Shown here: positions 11,467 to 19,900 of the stretch, piece after piece
Position numbering within the stretch: the first letter of the stretch is position 1
Layout: every line of letters starts with the position of its first letter
Assembly (NCBI GenBank): GCA_012690745.1
Contig: GCA_012690745.1_4086.1
Direction: 5' to 3' (one strand)
Length of the DNA stretch: 64,000 nt
Source: a phage
Translations under genes and position numbers: made by a program
Notes under the pieces: model-generated
The model's database searches: none
What the model was told of the DNA's origin: nothing
What the model saw: the letters and a program-made list of their open reading frames with translations, nothing else

Positions 11467-11497
11467 GAGAACGGAATTTTCCGTTCTCTTCTTTTAT
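11467..11497 (+). terminator. intrinsic terminator
   Basis: GAGAACGG-aatttt-CCGTTCTC followed by TTCTTTTAT. Confidence 0.65.
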
Positions 11498-11501
11498 AAG
11501 T

Positions 11502-11529
11502 GGGACAACTTATAAAAATATGATATAAT
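11502..11529 (+). promoter_or_regulatory. sigma70-like early promoter (GGGACA - 16 nt - TATAAT)
   Basis: gggacaACTTATAAAAATATGAtataat; same spacing and ATGATATAAT -10 context as P2. Confidence 0.5.
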
Positions 11530-11563
11530 AGTTAATGTACCAATATACATGGAGAGTATTAAA

Positions 11564-11809
11564 ATGGAACAAGAAAATAATCAAATTCAACTAACCCTTC
11601 TAGACCTAATCAATGCTGCAAAAATTATGGAAGCTGCTGTTGCACGAAACACCTTTAAAGTTGAAGAACTTGTTGAGGTTGCTCCAGTTGTATCTAAATT
11701 TGTTTCTTTTGCAAATGTAGCTCTTGAAGATATTAAAGCACAAGAAGATGCAGCTAAAGAAGAAGCTGAATCACAAGATAGTGAAACTCAAGAAGATAAA
11801 GGAGAATAA
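11564..11809 (+). CDS. small acidic hypothetical protein
   Basis: ORF track starts at 11549, but ATG 11564 is preceded by GGAGAG. Product is E/D-rich (EDAAKEEAESQDSETQEDKGE). Confidence 0.45.
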   Translation: MEQENNQIQLTLLDLINAAKIMEAAVARNTFKVEELVEVAPVVSKFVSFANVALEDIKAQEDAAKEEAESQDSETQEDKGE

Positions 11810-11811
11810 TT

Positions 11812-12468
11812 ATGGCAGCTATTCGTCATGTTGGTGTAATGCGTAATACAGGTTCTCGTGTTTTTGTTGTTTGGCGTTCACTACCAGATGATCCTGAACA
11901 CTGCCTTATTGTTTATCGTGATTCACTACCAGAAGCATATGTTCACGCAGTAACTGATATTGTTATGGGTCATGGTCAATCTAATATTGATTTGTGGGAA
12001 GTAATGCATAAAATTGGTTATCTCGATGGACGCAAAATGCTAGATGTTCTACACAATATGCAGCATCTCCGTCGCGTTCGTACTTGTGACATTGATATGC
12101 ACACTGGTGGTAATAATAAAATTTCTCTTGATGTTCTAAACAAAGCATTAGATGAAAATCAAGCAAAAGTACAAGAAGATGGTAAAGTAAAAGACTTTAA
12201 CCCATTCAATCCACAAGAAGCGGACACTAAAGTAGAAGAAGCTACTATTGTAGAACAACTTCTCACTGATGCACAAAAATATGAAAAACTGGCTAAAGAA
12301 CATTATGAACGTGCATATAATTTAGAGCCAAGTTTGCGTCCACAAACACAAGTTGTTGAACAACCGAAAGATAGTAAAACAATTTATCTAGAAATTCCAG
12401 AAGGTATTTCACAGACTAAAGCTATTGAGAAAGTAAAACAACTATTTGCAGAACGTAAAGCAAAATAA
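11812..12468 (+). CDS. hypothetical protein
   Basis: 218-aa ORF; RBS GGAGAA; starts 3 nt after the previous stop. Confidence 0.5.
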   Translation: MAAIRHVGVMRNTGSRVFVVWRSLPDDPEHCLIVYRDSLPEAYVHAVTDIVMGHGQSNIDLWEVMHKIGYLDGRKMLDVLHNMQHLRRVRTCDIDMHTGGNNKISLDVLNKALDENQAKVQEDGKVKDFNPFNPQEADTKVEEATIVEQLLTDAQKYEKLAKEHYERAYNLEPSLRPQTQVVEQPKDSKTIYLEIPEGISQTKAIEKVKQLFAERKAK

Positions 12469-12471
12469 AAT

Positions 12472-13065
12472 ATGAAAAAGAATGAATTAGATGAAGCAAT
12501 AAAAGGTTTATCTAATGTATGTTTTAGTGGCGGGGCAGCAGGTGCTGACCGCCTTTTTTCTATCTATGCAAAAAATAATGGATTTGAAGTTATTAATTTT
12601 TCATTCAAAGGTCATGAGCATAGTGTAGATGAAAGTACTATATTAGAAATACCATCCAATATTCTATCTGATATTTCTATATTAAATCAACTAAACATTG
12701 CATGTTACTCGTTACAGCGAAAAGTACCGAAGCCTGGTTCTTATGTTTACAACTTACTTGCAAGGAATAGTTATCAGATACTTAATACAGAAAGAATATA
12801 TTGTATTGCAAATATCACATCACCAACTAAGGTAAGTGGTGGTACTGCATGGGCAGTACAGATGTATATGGATTCAGTTGAAAATCCTGAAATTTATTGT
12901 TATGATATGAATTCACGTTCAGTATTTTATTTTGATACAGTACTGAAAGAGTTCACACAAACATTCGTCGTTCCAGCACCACATGGTAACTGGACTGGTA
13001 TTGGTTCACGCAATGCCACCGAAAAACATATGGAACATTTTATTACATTTTTCAAGGAAGAATAA
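12472..13065 (+). CDS. Rossmann-like protein with glycine-rich FSGGAAGAD loop (SLOG/DprA/LOG-like; putative nucleotide-processing enzyme)
   Basis: 197-aa ORF; stop overlaps the thymidylate synthase start (ATGA at 13062-13065), implying co-expression. Fold assignment is inferred from the G-rich loop only. Confidence 0.4.
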   Translation: MKKNELDEAIKGLSNVCFSGGAAGADRLFSIYAKNNGFEVINFSFKGHEHSVDESTILEIPSNILSDISILNQLNIACYSLQRKVPKPGSYVYNLLARNSYQILNTERIYCIANITSPTKVSGGTAWAVQMYMDSVENPEIYCYDMNSRSVFYFDTVLKEFTQTFVVPAPHGNWTGIGSRNATEKHMEHFITFFKEE

Positions 13066-13994
13066 TGAAACAACTACAAGAACTATATCAAAAAATTCTA
13101 GATGAAGGCGTAGAAAGCGTTGACCGTACTGGTGTTGGGACAATCAAACTTATCGGTCAACAAATGCGTTTCGACCTTAACGATGGTTTCCCAGCAGTGA
13201 CGACAAAACGTCTAGCTTGGAAAGCAATGACTTCAGAATTACTATGGTTTATTGAAGGTTCCCATGATGAGCGTCGCCTTTGTGAAATTTTGCATGGAAC
13301 TCGTGATACCGAAAAGAAAACAATTTGGACAGATAATTACCTAAATCAAGGCGTTGCTCTTGGTTATACTGGTGGTGAATTGGGTCCAGTGTATGGTAAG
13401 CAATGGCGTGAATGGGAAGATTATAAATTTAGTTCCAGTACTGAAGAAATTCAAGAATTAAAAGATAAAGGATACAAAGTTATCGATTATACTGGTTCAC
13501 ATGGTGTTGTTATGAAACGTACAACTGACCAATTACAAGAACTAATCAAAGGTATAAAGTCCGATCCATATGGTCGTCGCCACATTCTAAGTGCATGGAA
13601 CGTTGGTGAGCTTGATGATATGACGTTGCCACCTTGTCATAGCTTTGTGCAATTTTGTGTAGTACAAGGGAAACTAAGCTGCATTCTACATCAACGCTCC
13701 GCTGATCTATTTTTAGGAGTTCCATTTAATATCAGTAGTTACTCACTACTAACTCATATGATTGCACAAATTACTGGTTTAGATGTTGGTGAATTTATTT
13801 GGAATGGTGGTGATTGTCACATTTATAAAAACCACGTTGAACAAGTAAAAGAACAACTACAGCGAAAACCTCGTGAATTACCTGAATTGTGGCTTGATCC
13901 TACAATTACTAATATTGAAGATTTCACAATGGATTCTTTCAAATTAGTGAATTACAACCCAATGCCAACAATTAAAGCACCGATGGCTGTATAA
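13065..13994 (+). CDS. thyA: thymidylate synthase (ThyA-type, T4 td-like), intronless
   Basis: 309 aa. Canonical motifs: FPAVTTKRLAWK, RRHILSAWN, active-site LPPCHSFVQF, QRSADLFLGVPFNISSYSLL, GGDCHIYKNH. Confidence 0.95.
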   Translation: MKQLQELYQKILDEGVESVDRTGVGTIKLIGQQMRFDLNDGFPAVTTKRLAWKAMTSELLWFIEGSHDERRLCEILHGTRDTEKKTIWTDNYLNQGVALGYTGGELGPVYGKQWREWEDYKFSSSTEEIQELKDKGYKVIDYTGSHGVVMKRTTDQLQELIKGIKSDPYGRRHILSAWNVGELDDMTLPPCHSFVQFCVVQGKLSCILHQRSADLFLGVPFNISSYSLLTHMIAQITGLDVGEFIWNGGDCHIYKNHVEQVKEQLQRKPRELPELWLDPTITNIEDFTMDSFKLVNYNPMPTIKAPMAV

Positions 13995-14001
13995 ACGAAA
14001 A

Positions 14002-14028
14002 GGGAGAACTAATGTTCTCCCTTTTTTT
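14002..14028. terminator. bidirectional intrinsic terminator between convergent genes
   Basis: GGGAGAAC-taat-GTTCTCCC followed by TTTTTTT on plus; A/T run on the other side as well. Confidence 0.75.
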
Positions 14029-14029
14029 A

Positions 14030-15994
14030 TTATCTAATTGTTACCAATGTTCTTCCGTCGAAACGTACATCAGGAGTTGAAGGTATACTAAACACTACGT
14101 TAGTGCCGTTAAACGTAACGCTATCGACCTCAACACGAGTATAGACACCAGGACTAACCTGTTCCTGTATCTCTGCTGTGACGATGTTTGAGGCTGTTAC
14201 AGTAAGGGTGTAGTAGTTACCACTTAATACCCAAGATGAAATGGTAAAAGCATCGGTTCTCACTGAACCTGAACCAATCGGAACCCATTGACCTTGAACT
14301 TTTTGCATTGAAGTACGCTCGGTATTTGAGTATGCAATCATACCATCAACGCCAACAGAGTTATCAATAGTTGCTAGTACTGGTAATTGGATACCATATC
14401 TATTAAAACGTGTTCTTATAGTTCCATTATCATAGATACTTACATCAGCATAATTACCCATTGATAGTTTTAAATCAGAACTAACTAATTGGATTGTACT
14501 TTGATTAGTAGTACTTTCTAATGTAATTATACCATTAGCTAATAGATTTATATTTTTAAATTTATTAGTTGTTCCATTGAAATTAGTGTTTGCTGTAAAC
14601 GTACTAACTCCATTAACTGTAATTGTATCTGATGCAGCATCGCCTAATATGGTATTACCTTGAATGTTCAAATTACCACTAGCAGTGATATTACTAGCTG
14701 ATGTATCACCAGTCAATGTGCTTGTACCATCAACCACAATATTACCATGAAACGCACTTTCACCATTTTTAAATTCAACTTGTACTTTATTCATTGAACT
14801 AAATGAAATAATATTACTACTAGCACTTAGTCCAACATTAGTATTGGTTGCATTATCAAATCTTAGTACTGGGGTTGATGCTGGGGTTGAAGTTGTTTGG
14901 TATAATGTTAATGTTGAATTATTAATTCTAATACGTTCAGTTCCCGCAGTACTGAAACCAATTGCATCATCTGCTGGATGAAACATACCAGTATTAGCGT
15001 CTGACCATTTTGCAGGATCATTACCTGGGTTATTGGTTGGATCAAATGGATTGTTATTAAATGTCAATGCTGGTGCTGCTGCACTACCATAGACCACACC
15101 AAAACGCCCTGAGCCGCTTGTTCCATCATTATACATGGAATCACCAGTTCTACGTAAACACTCAATCACAACGTTATCTATGGATGTTTGAACGGTCCCT
15201 GCGTTTGTCCTAAATTGACGATGATTTGCAATCATTACAGTATTGTCATATAATACTGAAGCAGCGGAAATGCTTGTTCTTGACTGGCGTAGACGTATGT
15301 TTTTATCTTCAGTTATAATAATCCAATCACCATCTGATAGTGCGGTTTGGTTCATTGGAACACCTGAAGCAAATGGTTTGGTTAAGTCAGCATCTGTTGC
15401 TAAATTTTTAAGACCATCATGACCAGTACTAGGAATAGATGCAGGAATAATTCTAGCGAAAGCGTATGTTACTAGTTTAGCACCAGATATATTTGGATTA
15501 GAGTCAACATAATATAAAATTTCAATCCAATTACCTTGTCCAGTTGGATTTGTAGGTGTAAATGTAACAGGACTTGTTTGTGGATTATTTGCTTCATAAT
15601 GGGCTTGTGCGGCATCCATAATACCACGAACAACATAATAATCACCATTTAGTGATGCTGCTGGTGCTGGTAGTGGTGTTTGTGCTAAAGGTGGATCAAT
15701 ATCATCTGGGATAGGATTGTATGTACCAACAAACTGTAAACCACTAGTTACTGAATCTGGTAATTGGGAAGTAAGAAGTTTACCATTTGCATCTAAGTTT
15801 GCAAAGCGGCGATATGCCATAGTACCATCTTCAAAATCCAGAACACCTTCAAATGATTTCCATTCCTTATTGTATCTAATCATCCCTGATCTTATTACAT
15901 CAGCGGTTTCTTTTGATGGTGCTTTCGGTAACTCTAAAAAAGATTTACTATCAATAATTACACCACCATCACCTCTAATTCGATTTATACTCAT
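14030..15994 (-). CDS. tail fibre / receptor-binding protein
   Basis: 654 aa, Thr/Ser/Asn/Gly-rich beta-rich composition, N-terminal GMIRYN..W..FEG-type fibre motif, C-terminal variable region. Confidence 0.6.
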   Translation of the reverse strand: MSINRIRGDGGVIIDSKSFLELPKAPSKETADVIRSGMIRYNKEWKSFEGVLDFEDGTMAYRRFANLDANGKLLTSQLPDSVTSGLQFVGTYNPIPDDIDPPLAQTPLPAPAASLNGDYYVVRGIMDAAQAHYEANNPQTSPVTFTPTNPTGQGNWIEILYYVDSNPNISGAKLVTYAFARIIPASIPSTGHDGLKNLATDADLTKPFASGVPMNQTALSDGDWIIITEDKNIRLRQSRTSISAASVLYDNTVMIANHRQFRTNAGTVQTSIDNVVIECLRRTGDSMYNDGTSGSGRFGVVYGSAAAPALTFNNNPFDPTNNPGNDPAKWSDANTGMFHPADDAIGFSTAGTERIRINNSTLTLYQTTSTPASTPVLRFDNATNTNVGLSASSNIISFSSMNKVQVEFKNGESAFHGNIVVDGTSTLTGDTSASNITASGNLNIQGNTILGDAASDTITVNGVSTFTANTNFNGTTNKFKNINLLANGIITLESTTNQSTIQLVSSDLKLSMGNYADVSIYDNGTIRTRFNRYGIQLPVLATIDNSVGVDGMIAYSNTERTSMQKVQGQWVPIGSGSVRTDAFTISSWVLSGNYYTLTVTASNIVTAEIQEQVSPGVYTRVEVDSVTFNGTNVVFSIPSTPDVRFDGRTLVTIR

Positions 15995-16044
15995 TTAAAT
16001 ATTTCCTCAGAATAGATTTATATGATGTATTTATTTTAGTTAAA

Positions 16045-16078
16045 AGAAAAGGCCAAGCATAGGCTTGACCTTAAAAAA
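16045..16078 (-). terminator. intrinsic terminator (minus strand) after ORF 16079-16858
   Basis: Minus-strand AAGGTCAAGC-ctat-GCTTGGCCTT followed by TTCTTTT. Confidence 0.55.
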
Positions 16079-16858
16079 TTAACGTATACGTTCAGGAATA
16101 TCAACACCTTCATATACCCAAGTTGCAGCTTGTTGTGCCTTATAAATTGCATCAGGATCTAAATCATCAACTGCATCAATTGCTGCACACTGATTGTCAC
16201 ATTCTGTAAACAATTGCTCAATCATAGCAAAGGCTCCAGTGTATAGTTGTGTCATTTCAGTAGCAGATAATTTTACAATTGCGTCATCAAGAAAAATAGA
16301 AACACTTTCAGAACCTGAAGTGACTTGTGTATAGTAATTAAGAAGCATTTGACGACCAGACATATCAGTACTGTAACGATGACCATTGAACATATAACCA
16401 GAATTCATACGATTTGTACGTTCTGATATAGTTCTTGCTTTTAAATCAACTTTAACATCTGCTATTGGCATATCAATATAATGATATGTTTTAAGAACAG
16501 TTAGTGCTTTATATTCTTCGGTAGCGTCTTCTAAAAATTCAACAATAGGTTGATTTTCATCTTTTAATTTAATAAACTCCAACGGTTGTTCAATAGCATT
16601 AACATTTCCAACATTTTTATACACTAACCACCAAAAACCTTCTTCTTTTCTAACAGCATCATTAGGTTCTACTGGGGAACCATCTTTACTTGAAATACCA
16701 TAAAGAGTTCTAATATCACTATAAAGATAACGATAGGTTTGTGGATCTTCTGGTGTTGCACCAGGACGTTCTTTAAGTCCTTTTACACCAATTGGATTGG
16801 AAATAATGTTTCCCAATTCATAATTTTCTTTTGAATTTCCTTTCACATATGTGAACAT
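16079..16858 (-). CDS. hypothetical protein (possible fibre assembly/accessory protein by position)
   Basis: 259-aa ORF between the giant fibre gene and the 654-aa fibre gene; ATG confirmed at 16858. Confidence 0.45.
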   Translation of the reverse strand: MFTYVKGNSKENYELGNIISNPIGVKGLKERPGATPEDPQTYRYLYSDIRTLYGISSKDGSPVEPNDAVRKEEGFWWLVYKNVGNVNAIEQPLEFIKLKDENQPIVEFLEDATEEYKALTVLKTYHYIDMPIADVKVDLKARTISERTNRMNSGYMFNGHRYSTDMSGRQMLLNYYTQVTSGSESVSIFLDDAIVKLSATEMTQLYTGAFAMIEQLFTECDNQCAAIDAVDDLDPDAIYKAQQAATWVYEGVDIPERIR

Positions 16859-16922
16859 ATAACTACCTCACTTGTTATGATGGTGTCACCCAAAATGAGT
16901 GACACCTTTATTATTATAATTA

Positions 16923-19900
16923 TTAAGCAGTACGTTGTGCAATAAACATATCTGTTACTGGACTCACACCGTCATAAATGACTTGGTAGATAGTTACAGA
17001 GTTTGCAGTTTTGTTCAGTGTGCCATCAACAACCGCATAAGTACCATCAGTAGTAAAGTTTCTATTACCTGTTGCATCTTGTTTCACATAAATGTATACT
17101 GAAGATGCTTTACCACCACCGATTAGACCAGTGATTGGTGCTAGAGTGGTATCTTGATCTAGAGTGATAAAGTATACGTTGCTAGTACCGTCTGGGGTCC
17201 AAGTACCAGTTGGTGCGATAACAGAAGAAGTTACTTGATTAGGAATAACATCATATTTTTTAGTAGTTACTGTTGTAGTAGTTAGGTCAGCATTAGTAGT
17301 TGTTAATTGACCAGTTACAGTTACATCTTTATCAAATACTGCATTTTCTTTGAAAGAAGATGTTGCATTGACAGTTAATGTATCAGCAGCAGCGTCACCT
17401 AAAACAACACTACCATTTGCAGTCATTAAACCAGTAACAGTTAAAGTACCACCGATTGTTGCTGCTCCAGTAACAGATGCACTAGCAAGTGTTGCTGCAC
17501 CAGAAGTAGTAATGGTAGTTACTGAAGTTGCTGCTAGGGTTGCAGTACCTGTTGCAGAAATATCACCACCAACAGTTAGGTTACCAGAAGTAATTCCAAC
17601 GGTTCCAGTAATGTTAGCACCACTTGACATTGTTACTGCACCACCAAATGAACCAGTAGTAGTTACTTCAAGGGTGTTCCCTTTTAGTAGACCAGTTGCA
17701 GTAATACTTGTACCTGCGGTAATACTAGTACCAGCAGCAACACTGTTGGTTGCAGTTAATGATTTAACAGCCACGTCAGAGTTTGCTTGGTTTAGTGTTG
17801 CGTTAAGTAGACCAGTTACTGTAAAGTTACCGTTGTTAACTACGTTACCATTGATTGTTAAGTTGTTGTTTTGTGAACCAACATCACCAATAGTTGCTGA
17901 TTTGGAAATCAACTCTGCACCAGAAGTAATATTACCCGCTGCACTAATAGTGTCCGCCGCAACAACTGCATAAGGTTCAATTGTTTGACCACTAACGTCA
18001 ATATCAGCGTTGATACCACCATCTACACGCAAGGAGCCAGCAATGTAAGTATTAGGGAAAATCTGAACTGTCTCTGGTTGATCGCCAATTTTAGTACCGA
18101 TAATAACATCAGCACCAGTTTTAACTGCACCAGAGGTTGTTAGAGAACCTAAAGTTGTAGCACCAGTTACACCTAATGTACCACCAATTGTTGCGTTATT
18201 AGTAACTGCTAACGCAGCACCTTCACCATTAAGAGCGATTGATGGAGCAGATACTGCACCAGTTACGCCTAATGTGCCACCAATTGTTGCGTTGCCATCT
18301 GAATGTAGAGTTGTAGCTACAGAAAGACTGTTAGCAACTACATCAGTACTAGCTAAATCCAATGCACCTGGGGTTAATGTACCAGTAATGTTAACATTAT
18401 TACCAAAGGTCGCTGCACCAGTCACATCTAGTGTAGTACTAAATGTACCAGATGTTGCAGAGATTGCACCTGAATCTAGTGATCCAACAGTTGCTTTACC
18501 AGTTACACCTAAAGTTCCACCAACAGTTCCATTTGTGGTTACATCCAATGTACCAGTACTTAGTTCTTGTGCGGTTACCTTACCGGATGCAGTAACAGTT
18601 GAAGTGGAAACACCACCAGTTAGAGTACTAGCACCAGTAACACTTAATGTGGTTGCCGCAGTTACGCTATTCACACTAAGATCAGCACCGGATAAGTCCA
18701 AACCACCTTCAGGAACAAATACACCCTTAACAGTTAGTTTTTGTACTGTACTATCACCTGTTACATCCAATGTAGAAGCAGTTAAACCACCATTCATACT
18801 TGCTGCACCAGTAACACCTAGTGTAGTGGTTACAGTAGCACTATTAAGTGTTGAGCTACCAGAAATATTAGCACTAGAAGCAGTAATAGTTCCAGAATCA
18901 ACTTGTATACCACCAGCAACAACCTGAATTCCACCAGCATTAACTGTTAGTTTACCAGCAGTATTCAATGTATTTGAAACTGTTGTTGCACCAGTTAAAG
19001 TTGTAGTGCCAGTTACACCTAAGTTACCAGAAATAGATGGACTACCTGTAATGTTACCAGTAGTTAGTATCAAATCAGTACCTACGGTAGTGGAGCCAGT
19101 ACTTTCTAGTGTTACACCGACGATGTTTGCAGAACTTAGGTTAATAGTACCATCAACAGTTAAGTTACCTTGAACGGTTGCATCACCTAGAGAAGTTAAT
19201 GTCTTCACAGACACATCAGTTGTGCTAAGATCAATAACACCCGCAGTTAGTGTTCCAGATACTGCTAAATTACCAGTAATCGCGGTATTTTTAGTAATGG
19301 ATACATTTTCTGCCGCTGAAGTAATAGAACCAACAGTAAGTACACCACCAACAGTTGCGTTATTAGTTACATTTAGAGCAGTTCCAACACCAGATAGTGT
19401 TGCTGACCCACCAGTAATTGCACCTGAGATTGAAGCTGTTGCTGCTGAAACATCACCAGAAACTACTGCATTTGTTGCATTTAGAGCAGACACTGTAACT
19501 TCAGTACTTTGAACTTTAGGTAGAACGTTGATACCTTCTGCACTACTAACTGTAATAATACCAGTACTTGTTAGAGATTTAACAGATACATCAGCACCAC
19601 TTAAATCAACTGTACCAGAAACAACAAGATCTCCACCAATATTTGCTCCAGCGGTAGTAGTAATGGATTTTGCACTTACATCAGTTGTGCTCAAATCAAT
19701 TGCACCTGGTGTTACTGTACCAGAAACTGTTAGGTCACCAGTAATAGATGTATTATTGGAAATAGATACACCATCAACGTTACTAATTGTTGGGGTTTCT
19801 ACAGAAACTGCTTTAACTTTACCTGAAGAAGTTACGTCAGCTACGGTAGATGCACCAGTAACATTCAAATTAGTAATATTTGCAGTTGTTGAACCAAGGG

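Noticed and set aside
13065-13994. Group I intron in the thymidylate synthase gene (as in T4 td)
   Set aside because: The reading frame is continuous across all conserved TS motifs, with no interruption.
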